From positions 5,541 through 69,540 of the forward strand of contig JAHDYR010000047.1 of the NCBI GenBank assembly GCA_019828565.1: 64,000 nt of DNA, read 5' to 3'. Shown here in pieces: positions 1 to 8,822 of the stretch. Made by a program: the position numbers and the translations under genes. The first letter of the stretch is position 1, and the number at the start of each line of letters is the position of its first letter. The notes beneath the pieces are model-generated. The model was not told where the DNA came from. It saw only the letters and a program-made list of their open reading frames with translations, and did not search any database. The DNA comes from Carpediemonas membranifera BICM (Eukaryota > Protista > Fornicata).

Positions 1-816
1 GACATCACCCAGCAATTCACCCTCCCCTACCACCCTCAGTCGAATGGGCTGGTAGAGCGTCGTAACGCGGAGGTCATGAAGCATCTTCGCTGTTTGATCC
101 TCCAATTCGACAAGTTCTCCCGTTGGAGCGACCTCCTTCCGGTAGTTCAGCTGCTGCTGAACACAACCACCTGCAGCGCCACTGGGGTCACACCCCACGC
201 CATGCTGTATGGAGACCAACTCGACCCCAGCTCCACAGTCGCTAGAATCCTCCGACCGAGCGACAATGACTCGCCCCTTGCCTCAGCCTCAGCCTACATC
301 ACTTTACTTCGAGCCCACCTCTCCAAGTTGACCTCTAGGGCGGCCGAGAAGCAGCGCGAGACTGTAGACAAGCGCCTCGCCAAGGCCAACGCCGACCGCC
401 AGCCGACTAGCTTCAAGGAAGGCGACCTCGTCCTGCTCAACCGGACGAAGACCCCAAAGCTGCATGGCTTCGCCGGCCCGTTCAAGATTCTCGCCATCAA
501 GGACAACAACACCCTTCAGCTGGTCGACCTTTTCGAGAGCGCCCCCTTCATGGCTCACGTAGACCAGGTCCTTCCTTTCAACACCAAGTCGGGGCTCAGC
601 CGCCTGAAGAACCTCGCCGCCTCCGACGAGCAGACGTACGTCGTGCAAGGCATCGAGAAGCACCGTCGCCGCAACGGCACACTGCAGCTCCTCGTCTGCT
701 GGGAGGGCGACTACGATCCCACATGGGAACCCGCTGACGGGCTCCGCCACGTCACTGCGGCACGTGACTACCTCAAGTCCCACAAGCTCAAGCTTAAGGG
801 GGGTAGGATGTCATAA
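1..816 (+). CDS. Gypsy integrase C-terminus with chromodomain (5'-partial)
   Basis: ORF 76..816 extends open to the window start; integrase core, GPF and chromodomain motifs. Confidence 0.9.
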   Translation, partial: DITQQFTLPYHPQSNGLVERRNAEVMKHLRCLILQFDKFSRWSDLLPVVQLLLNTTTCSATGVTPHAMLYGDQLDPSSTVARILRPSDNDSPLASASAYITLLRAHLSKLTSRAAEKQRETVDKRLAKANADRQPTSFKEGDLVLLNRTKTPKLHGFAGPFKILAIKDNNTLQLVDLFESAPFMAHVDQVLPFNTKSGLSRLKNLAASDEQTYVVQGIEKHRRRNGTLQLLVCWEGDYDPTWEPADGLRHVTAARDYLKSHKLKLKGGRMS

Positions 817-869
817 GGCATCCACGTCCGCAGTTTATGTAAATGTTCCAATCTCTTCGCCCCGGCACA
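809..869 (+). repeat. Putative 61-bp 3' LTR of Gypsy C
   Basis: TGT...ACA ends, follows the PPT, contains TGTAAA. The partner LTR is outside the window, so the length is unverified. Confidence 0.55.
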
Positions 870-1499
870 GGATGGCGCTCCCAAGCGCCGCCACGCGGCC
901 ACTGAGTGGCGGAGAGAACCCGCTCGACGGGTTGTGGGGAGTGGTGGTTCGGTTGATTGATGGTCTTGCACAATTAGTTTTTTCTGGGGCGCTTATCGCT
1001 CTTGGGGGCGACTCTGGCACTGGAGCGGGCCTCTGCGATGAGGACGGTGAGGCTCTCGGAATCACGGATCCTGGAACGTCGGGCTCTGACGTAGTCCTTG
1101 ACTGCGTCGGCGTAGTGAAAGCCATTGATGTCCTTAATGAGGAGAAGCTCATGACGGAGCATTAGCTGAAGCTTGATCGTCTCGGTTGTCCAGCTCGGGT
1201 GGAGGACGATGTCCCTGTAGAGCATCTGCAGCCATTCGGACTCGTTACGCATGGCTAGTGAGTCCGGGTGGCGCCACTCCAGCGACATTAAATCTCGAAG
1301 CGTCAATAACTCGCCTGTTAGTTCGTTGATGCGCTTCTGCGGATCTGGGATCTTCTCTGCTTCAGGCGTGCGGTCCCCGGTGTTGTTCTCGGTTTCTTCA
1401 GCCATCTGGCCGTAATTGATTCGATCCCGATTCGTTCGGCTCGAATAAATCGAATCAGGCAGATCCATCGCCCATGCTCCATTATCTCACGCCGGAGCT
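870..1499 (-). mobile_element. 5' part of a DIRS/PAT-like YR retrotransposon, interrupted by Gypsy C
   Basis: ORF1 is similar to 55030..55557 (MRNESEWLQML vs LKAEAKWLRRV; LQLMLRHELLLIKD vs VELQARRTLLDLKD). Pol start AGSLRHSVAAWRRLGAPS resembles WPVWARLGAS. Begins AGCTCCGGCG, like the A repeat AGCTGGCG. Confidence 0.75.
974..1405 (-). CDS. Gag-like ORF1 of YR retrotransposon (MAEET...)
   Basis: Similarity to ORF1 of the complete element at 55030. Confidence 0.7.
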   Translation of the reverse strand: MAEETENNTGDRTPEAEKIPDPQKRINELTGELLTLRDLMSLEWRHPDSLAMRNESEWLQMLYRDIVLHPSWTTETIKLQLMLRHELLLIKDINGFHYADAVKDYVRARRSRIRDSESLTVLIAEARSSARVAPKSDKRPRKN

Positions 1500-1510
1500 G
1501 ACGTCTCCAT

Positions 1511-1583
1511 TCGATCATAGTATAGGTGGTTAGTATATCGCGCTGTCACCGCGGAGACCCGGGTTCAAGTCCCGGTGATCGAG
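1511..1583 (+). tRNA. tRNA-Asp(GTC)
   Basis: Acceptor stem TCGATCA/TGATCGA, discriminator G, anticodon arm TCGCG-CTGTCAC-CGCGG, T-loop TTCAAGT, downstream TTTT. Confidence 0.95.
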
Positions 1584-2056
1584 CTTTTGCAGACATTTGT
1601 CTGCGACCTTAAACTGCGCGTATCCTTAACCTGCTAGTTTCTCAAAATGAGGAGTACTCTGCGAGTGAGAGGCGCATAGATGCGTTGACGCGACTCCGGC
1701 GCGGGGAGCGTGGACGCAAAATTCGTTTGATCGATTTTGGCGCGGTGTCGCAAGTCAGGGACAGAAGCTTGAACAGCGCAAACCTTCGTGCGAGCCAGCA
1801 CTGCCCGGTTCGGACCCAAGCCGGGCGAACATTAGAGGCACGTTTGAGATCAAACCACCAGTAAATGTTCTACCCCCATTGGTTGTACCTGCAAGCAGGG
1901 TTAGAAGTGATGCCGTTGGCATCCCCATTAACCGAGGTCTTGAGTCGCCCAGGTGCATTTCAGACCATTCATGTCCTCCACACGGCAGTCAGCTACAGCC
2001 TGCTCAGTCCAAATTCACATTGCATCACCATAGCTTGGCCATCTATCCGGAAGTAT

Positions 2057-3064
2057 TTACATGCGTGGGCGGAGGACGTTAGGGCACTCCTCATTGCTTG
2101 TGACCTGCGCAAGGTTGGTCAGTGTGGTCTCAGAGATGGCCACGAGAGCCTCTCTCGTCAAGAAGGCCTGGTGACCGGTGAACAAGACGTTGTGGCATGC
2201 CGACAGCCGTCTGAACACGTCATCCGGGATGACCTCGTTCGACTTGTCCTGGAAGAAGAGCTCGCTCTCTTCTTCGTATACGTCGAGGCCGAGTGCGCCG
2301 ATGGTGCCATCCTTCAGCGCCTCGATGGCGTCAACCGAGTTCAGCAACGCGCCTCGACTGGTGTTGATGACCATGACGCCCTTCTTCATCTTGGCGAACG
2401 CCTCGGCGTTGAGAAGATGGTAGTTAGCCTCAAACAGGGGGCAATGAAGAGTAATGACGTCGGACTGTCTGAACAACGTGTCGAGGTCGACGTACTCGGC
2501 GCCAAGCTCCTCAGCGGCCGGGTTGACGTAGGGATCGTGCACTAGAAGCTTCATACCAAACCCGCGAAGGATCCTCGCGGCGGCAATGCCGATTCTGCCG
2601 GTGCCGACGATGCCGACAGTCTTGCCAAAGAGGTTGAAGCCGACTAGTCCGTCCAGGTTGAAGTTGGCGTCCCGAGTACGCTGGTACGCCTTGTGTGTCT
2701 TCCTGTTGAGGGTAAGCATGAGGGCTACCGTGTGCTCGGCGACGGCCTCGGGGCTGTAGCTCGGGACGTGGACGACAGTCATGCCTAGCTCGTGGGCAAC
2801 GGACAGGTCGACGTTGTTGTAACCTGCACAGCGAAGGGCGACGATGGAGGTGCCATGGGCGTGGAGTTCGCGGAGGATCGGGGCGGAAAGGTCGTCGTTG
2901 ACGAAGACGCAAACGGCCTGATAGCCGTATGCAAGAGGGATAGTCTTGGAGTTGAGGGCAACATCGAAGTAATCGATGTCGAAGTTGAAACGGTCTTCTT
3001 TCTTGTTGCTGTGATCGAAGGACTCGCGATCAAACGTCTTTGTGCCAAAGAAAGCAATCTTCAT
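2057..3064 (-). CDS. ldhA: NAD-dependent D-lactate dehydrogenase, bacterial type
   Basis: ALRCAGYNNVDL, VPSYSPEAVAEH, GIVGTGRIG, INTSRGAL, RRLSACHNVLFTGHQAFLT. Start taken at MKIAFF. Confidence 0.93.
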   Translation of the reverse strand: MKIAFFGTKTFDRESFDHSNKKEDRFNFDIDYFDVALNSKTIPLAYGYQAVCVFVNDDLSAPILRELHAHGTSIVALRCAGYNNVDLSVAHELGMTVVHVPSYSPEAVAEHTVALMLTLNRKTHKAYQRTRDANFNLDGLVGFNLFGKTVGIVGTGRIGIAAARILRGFGMKLLVHDPYVNPAAEELGAEYVDLDTLFRQSDVITLHCPLFEANYHLLNAEAFAKMKKGVMVINTSRGALLNSVDAIEALKDGTIGALGLDVYEEESELFFQDKSNEVIPDDVFRRLSACHNVLFTGHQAFLTREALVAISETTLTNLAQVTSNEECPNVLRPRM

Positions 3065-3250
3065 AGAGGTTAGGTGTTCTTGCCTGTTATGCTCACTGGA
3101 GGGCACATGGAGGCAGTGCCCTGCAAGGCATCGATGTCGATCGAATCGCCAAACGAGGTCCCATGTTAAATGTTTAACGAGGTCCCATTTGAAGTATCAT
3201 AGAGTGCACAGTGCAAGCACTGCGTCTCTCCACTTCAATTAGCTTGCCCG

Positions 3251-3420
3251 GAGGCGAAGACTCACCATTGTGTCACGCAGGATAAGAATGCTTGAGTCCA
3301 AAACACACAGTGATCCAAGCAGCATCAGGATCGCAGTGTGGTTCATCATACTCTATCAATCGTGCGCTGCATATCACGCGCGCTGCAGCGCGTGCTTGCT
3401 CAACTTTGCAAGTTAATGAT
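3251..3420 (-). ncRNA. Putative omega-RNA (scaffold plus guide) of Fanzor copy 1
   Basis: Lies 3' of the ORF, has several hairpins and the conserved terminus. Inferred by analogy with TnpB/Fanzor loci. Confidence 0.45.
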
Positions 3421-5200
3421 AGCGAGGAAGAGCACCTCTCTGGGAGTCGTAGTGGAAAGGAGATTGCTCTATCTGATCTGAAGTTGCATCGAAGGTGCAC
3501 CAAAGGATGTTCTCGCTGGCGCTCTTATCTCGGTGAGAGAGATTGAGAAGTATGTCTCTCTGCTGCGGGATGCCGACGTAGCCGTTCAACGCGCCATGGA
3601 GCTCCCTCGCACGCGGGATTCTGGCAGAGCATGGTGCGGTGTGTGTGCACCACACGTCGGAAGTGTGCTTTGCAGTATGGGCACACGATGGAAGTGCGGA
3701 ATTCCGAGACCATCGTGACAGTCACGACGTTGTGCCGGAGCATTATGCCAGGAAGTGCTCGAGCAAAGTGGCGGTACGGTGCACAGGAGGGAGTGCCGGC
3801 GGAACCGAACAGTGCAGCCCCATACGCGACTTCGAGATGAATGGGCTCCGGGGGGCGCCCGCCGAGATCATCCAGGAGTTGATGTCCAGCCCGGGCGAAG
3901 TGCTTCAGGCGCAGACAGTGATTGGCAAAACTCGCACGGCGGAAACACTTTCTCATCCCCTCGTTGATGATCTGAACGATGTTCTCATGGACAAACCTAA
4001 TCGACTGTTTGAGAGCCTCTAGACTTGTCGTTTTGAACGATGCTGCGCTCATATTCACGCGGAAAGAGGGGGTGGCAGTGTAGCCACACTTAGCGAGAAC
4101 GCCAGATACACTCTGCCCGTCTGGGCGGCGGATCGTGTAGCCGCCCAGCGACCGAGCACCAGGGTCGAAGCCCATGAGAGCTTGAATGTGCGGGGCAGGA
4201 GTAGCTTCGGCGTCATCCTGACCGAGCCGAGCCCGCTTGTTATTGCTACCCTTTTTGTACGTGGGCCGGTCAGCCACCCGACCGCCACTGTATTTCTCGC
4301 GACCCACCCAAACCGCCACAGCAACAGAGAGCACTCTGCGGAGCTTGGTGATGTCGCCGTGATCACGCTCGTATTCAGCCACCTGCTCGTCGGTCAAGTT
4401 CTTATTTGCCGGCCAATTCACGTGCACACGGAGGCGCCTCTTCATCGCTGGGGTGAGCGCTGTTACTCCGCGCTCGAGGGTCATGAACCCAGGCCTGACC
4501 GGTGCCATCGGCACGAACGGGACGAGCTTCGGCTCTGGCAGGGCATGACTGAGCTCGAGGTTCACGGCACGAGTGAGTGTGACCAGCTTGGTCACTGCAG
4601 CACTCATGCGCGTGACGCACGACAGCACGCCGACGAGGGCATCGGCCACAGTATCAGTATGACCCACCCGTTGCTCCTCGGGCAATGCATGCATGCGATG
4701 ATGATACCTGCCATGATCGGCGGCTATGGCGTCAACCTCAGTGTCGAGCTCGCCTAGGGTGTCGAGAAAATCCTGTCGAACACCCTCATCATGGAGGAGC
4801 GGACGCACCCGTTCTAATCCAGCACGAAGACGGGTCAGGTACTCGGGTGACGCGTGCGAGAGCCAGACCCGGGTGGCTGTGGAGTACTCGCCCAACCAGC
4901 TCTGAAATGGCGCTGCAATTCCAACGTAGGCTTCCCTGAAGTCCTCGACGAGTGGGGTTATGTCAGGGTCCCTCCACATCGCCAGGTCGCCAATCCACCT
5001 GCACCGATCCGCTGCCTTTGCTTTGGACTCTCTTCCCTTGGCAATGCTGACCATCTGCTTGAGGACCTCCTCGTCGAACAGGTTGACCGTCCTCGGTGGG
5101 GTCAACGCGTGCGCAGCACTGCACTTGCGTCAGAGAGACGATAAGCGTGGCCTGACGCCAGACTTGGCTCCTCAACGCTTCCTGTTGGGGCATTGTTCTC
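3271..5200 (-). mobile_element. Fanzor1 element copy 1
   Basis: Fanzor ORF plus about 140 nt of hairpin-rich 3' region ending TTATCCTGCGTGACA, which resembles the copy 2 end TTATACTGCGCAACA. Left boundary uncertain. Confidence 0.7.
3413..5193 (-). CDS. Fanzor1 RNA-guided endonuclease (two apparent frameshifts, near 5100 and between about 3600 and 3530)
   Basis: RuvC-I MGFDPGARS; VAYGAALF; RuvC-II VSEFRTS next to zinc finger CPYC..CQNPAC; RuvC-III HRDKSASENI in the overlapping frame 3413..3655. Confidence 0.85.
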
Positions 5201-5229
5201 AGTTAAAGTTCCCGACCAGAGTCAACAAT

Positions 5230-5868
5230 ATGAATGGCCGGTTTGGCCACAGCGATGCCTTGAAGCTCTCAATAACAAGCTTCACACTCGATATTCTCCA
5301 GTTATTCTTCGGTTTGTTTCTTATTTACGTCTCATCGGCCTCACTTCCGTCGCTTTGTGTCCTCGGCCTTCTCTTCCTCCTCTTCCTTTCCCAAATAGCC
5401 TTGCAGTACAAGATAGTATCGTATCCTCTTCATCTTATCGACATATCCCGGCAATCCAGGCATTTAGTCTCATCCCAACTTGATTCTAACAGACACCCAA
5501 CATGCCCTCGATGCCACCTTCCCAGGCCCCCAAACACCCACCATTGCAGCAGGACTGACGTATGCATACCAGGGTTCGACCACTACTGCGTCGTACTCCG
5601 CGTGCCCATTGCCCGCCGGACCGCGCTCCCCTTTGCTCTGCTGCATCTAGCCTGGGGCTTGATGGCCCTTGGTGCCGCTACAGTGTGTGTTTTGGCGTTG
5701 GATAGGGTAGACGGTGGTCTTGAATTTGTTATCTTTGCTCTTGCAGTAATGCTTACCGGCTTTGGGGCCGGCCTGCTCCTAGTTGCAGCATTGCACCTCT
5801 CTGCTGTATACAGTAACAGGCCCCTGTTGTTTGGGAAGCTGCTGGTCCCTAGTAAACCCGTAGTATAG
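5230..5868 (+). CDS. DHHC-type palmitoyltransferase (DHYC variant)
   Basis: CPRCHLPRPPNTHHCSRTDVCIPGFDHYC plus transmembrane helices. Confidence 0.85.
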   Translation: MNGRFGHSDALKLSITSFTLDILQLFFGLFLIYVSSASLPSLCVLGLLFLLFLSQIALQYKIVSYPLHLIDISRQSRHLVSSQLDSNRHPTCPRCHLPRPPNTHHCSRTDVCIPGFDHYCVVLRVPIARRTALPFALLHLAWGLMALGAATVCVLALDRVDGGLEFVIFALAVMLTGFGAGLLLVAALHLSAVYSNRPLLFGKLLVPSKPVV

Positions 5869-6080
5869 TGTGTCCAAGGCAATGGCCCGATGTACGTCGG
5901 GCTCGCTCTCTTCATCATGGGAGGACGATTGCCCTCGATGCTCCTAAGGCAGGAGACGATGTGCGAGCCTGGATGACGGCCGAATACGATCCAGACGAGG
6001 TGTGGAACTGCTATACATGAAGGAAATGTATACCATAATTGCGTTCCCAATTCCACCAACCCAGCTAGTAATCTCGTTGG

Positions 6081-7996
6081 ATGATGAACGAAACGGAAGG
6101 TAATGAGCAAGACGAGCAGATATGGAATCTACTGTGTCCTGGCCCCGTCAATATGACCGAAGTTTCGCTCAATGAGATGAGCAAGGCGATGATTGGACAC
6201 AGAGAGGAGGAGATGCACAAGGTTTGTAATCCAACACCGTCCAACGTCTAACACAGATTATCAATGACACTCGCAAGCTTATTCTCCAGCGCGCTTTCCC
6301 AGACGGCGTCCACCCCGATTACGATGCTGTAATCCTCACTGCTTCGGGTTCAGGCGCCGTAGAGACGATGGTAGGCTCCTTTGTCCGCAGCCAGGAGCCG
6401 TGCGAGAACTGTATCCTCCTCGTTTCCAACGGTTCCTTCGGTGAGCGCTGGATTGATATGGTTCAGTGCCACTGCTCGAACCACGTGCCATACCGCACCG
6501 GCTGGGGCATTCCGATCGACCAGGACGATGTGTTCGAGACCGCAGTCAAGCTGGGCGTCAAGGGTGTCTTCCTCGTGCACCATGAGACTTCCGTTGGCGT
6601 CATTAACTGCTTCGATCGCCTCGCGGAGCGTCTCGACAGCGCTGGTATCGCCTTGCTCGTTGACTCTGTCTCTGCCTTCGGTATTGAGGACGTGCCCATG
6701 AAGCACATCTCCCTCCTCGCCGTCTCGGCTAACAAGGCACTCTGCGGTCCCCCCGGCCTCGCGTTTGTAATCGGCCGTAAGAGCGTCTTCGAGGCCTGCC
6801 ATACGGGCGCTTCATTCTACCTCCACCTCCAGAAACACTACCGCTTCATGCAGACGCTTGAGACCCCCTTTACACCAGCCATTCCGCTTATTAGAGGCGT
6901 GCACGTCGCCCTCGGCGTCTTCCAAAAGGACCCCGATACTTTTGTCCAAAACGTTCAGCACCGCATGAAACGCGTCCTCCGCATCATGAACGGCCTGGGC
7001 ATCCGCCCCATCAGCGTCCTACCCGAGCGCCACCAGTCCCGCTGGCTGATCACCGCTTGGTATCCGAGATCGGTCCTAGCAGACCCTGACGCCTTCCACG
7101 AATCTCTTAGATCCTCTGGATTTATCGTATATCGGGGTAAGGGGTATCTCTCAGGTGTCGCGTTCCAGACGGCCGTGATTGGCGAGATTACGGACGATAT
7201 CTTGGATAGGTTCCAGACGGCACTGAGTAAGGCTTGCAACACCGGCCGCTGGGGAGGTCCTAACGCCATCCCCGCACTCATCCTCCTTGCAGGCGACGGC
7301 GATCGCCTAGAGCAGGCCAAGCTCGGCCATCCGATCGCCCACAAGTCCCTCATCGATCTCGGCCACGGCCAGACGATCATCAGCCGCATGCTCTCGCAGC
7401 TCCAGCGGCTCAGAGTGGAGGGCTACGTATCCGAGATCCATATAGTGGTCGGCCATGCTAAGGACGCTATTGTAGCGGCCGCCAGGGACGTTGAGCCTGA
7501 GGTGATTGTCCACGATAACGAGGACTACCTATCACACAAGACGTCCGGGTCTGCCCGAGTCGCGTTGGAAGAAATGACTGCCAACCAGCGTGTGGTAGTC
7601 CTCGACGGCGACGTCGTTATGGATGAGGACGTCATCAGGCGCGTCGTCACGTTCCCCAAGACCAACCTTGCGGTAAGCAGGCCCGCGGTGGTGGGAACTG
7701 AGCTCCCCGAGGCCGATGCTGTCAAGGTAGACTATGACCGTCTGACCTGTCAACTCAAGGCGATCGGCAAGGACGTCTCTGGTGTGGGAGAGGCGATCGG
7801 GGTCTACCAGGTGAAGACCAAGGAGGCCGTCGACACCCTGCGCCGGATAGGGGATCAGAGGTGGTTCGATGACATGCTGTGGGAGTGCAAAGAAGATGTC
7901 TGCCATGTGCTTGATGTGACAGGTCTGCCGGCCGCTGGCGTTGATGTGCTGGCTGACATTGCCGTAGCTCGGGCCATCGTGGACAAGGAGTTTTAA
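6081..7996 (+). CDS. 2-aminoethylphosphonate (PhnW-like class V) aminotransferase fused to a C-terminal nucleotidyltransferase (PntC/LicC-like); exons 6081-6221 and 6257-7996
   Basis: LLCPGPV, SGSGAVE, VHHETSVG, VDSVSAFG, SANKALCGPPG; C-terminal LILLAGDGDRL..HKSLI..LDGDVV. Removing the intron restores the frame. Confidence 0.85.
6222..6256 (+). other. 35-nt spliceosomal intron
   Basis: GTTTGT...CTAACACAG, with the branch point adjacent to the 3' splice site; phase 0, joins two conserved coding blocks. Confidence 0.85.
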
Positions 7997-8055
7997 ATGA
8001 GTGTTTTATACGGCGATGGAGAATGAGATCGAGAGGATAACGAGAAGGTCAACAG

Positions 8056-8354
8056 GATCGAGATTGCTATCCTGCACGATTGAAGACAAGACAACGATGG
8101 GAAACTCTGGAAATACCGGTGGTTCCGGCATTCCTACTGGAACGCCGCAATATTGTTATGTGGATCCTGCAGGCGAAAATGAAGAGACCCCTGATGAAGG
8201 CTCACTCTAAATCTGAAAGATGATGAATGAATGAGGATTCAGTGTGTAGGAAGTAAAGTAGACCTTTGTAATTCATCACTATTCGCGTCTTTCTCCTGAA
8301 AGCTCCAAGATCGTTGCATCTGTGCTGAAGGTACTGAACCAAAATGGCCAGTGC
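8056..8354 (+). repeat. Dispersed repeat X (inverted copy at 32631-32920)
   Basis: Near-identical over about 230 bp; both copies encode MGNSGNTGGSGIPTGTP...ENEETPDEGSL*. Confidence 0.9.
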
Positions 8355-8595
8355 CCTCACCTGGTCTTGTCTCGATGAATCAGCCTCGCCAAAGTCGAGC
8401 CAATCAGCAATGCACCGGGGTCCGATACTCACGTCTCACACCTGCACACTCTCACACACTCGCACTGCATCTCGCCACTGATCACCGCGCCCGGCAATCT
8501 GTTCAAGTCGAGGAGGGTTAGAAGGAGGGGTCAGTCGCCCCCTTGGAGGCGTTGTAGACCCGGCAGTTACCCTCAGCGAGAAAACGCTACACGAC

Positions 8596-8638
8596 TGTTG
8601 CGCAGTATAAACACATTGTTTGACCCTTCAATAGCACA
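8596..8638 (-). repeat. Orphan Fanzor 3'-terminal motif
   Basis: 43 bp identical to 32922-32964; the last 25 bp are identical to 34511-34535. Confidence 0.85.
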
Positions 8639-8741
8639 GATGTGGCAAGGCAAAAATGCACCCCGGGAAATGCCTTGAATCTTGATGTCAGGAGAGGACT
8701 GGGAGCGACGATGCAATGCCATGCTTCTTAATGATCCAACG

Positions 8742-8822
8742 TGTAGCTCTTCTAGGATCCTCAATGAACGAATGAACTGCTTTAACCTGCGGGGCAGACC
8801 CAACTATAAATATCACATTACA
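8742..8822 (-). repeat. 3' LTR of Gypsy A (81 bp)
   Basis: Identical to 19011-19091. Confidence 0.95.

Larger units (their letters stand above)
1..869 (+). mobile_element. Ty3/Gypsy chromovirus C, 3' part (integrase, chromodomain, PPT, putative 3' LTR), inserted into a YR retrotransposon
   Basis: Frame open from base 1 with integrase motif YHPQSNGLVERRN, then GPF and a chromodomain (YVVQGI..LLVCWEG..TWEP). PPT AAGGGGGGTAGGA (796-808) is followed by TGTCA. Position 869 (..GCACA) is exactly where the opposite-strand YR-element pol reading stops. Confidence 0.85.

Noticed and set aside
808-819. ATGTCATAAGGC shared with 54882-54893
   Set aside because: An isolated 12-mer between unrelated element types.
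8149-8173. Variable guide or spacer cassette inside repeat X
   Set aside because: The two variants share TGGATC and keep the reading frame, so ordinary divergence explains it; only two copies.
8550-8595. Similarity to 34545-34590 (TACC[CT]TCAGCGAG)
   Set aside because: Short match in inconsistent orientation relative to the adjacent terminus; may be chance.
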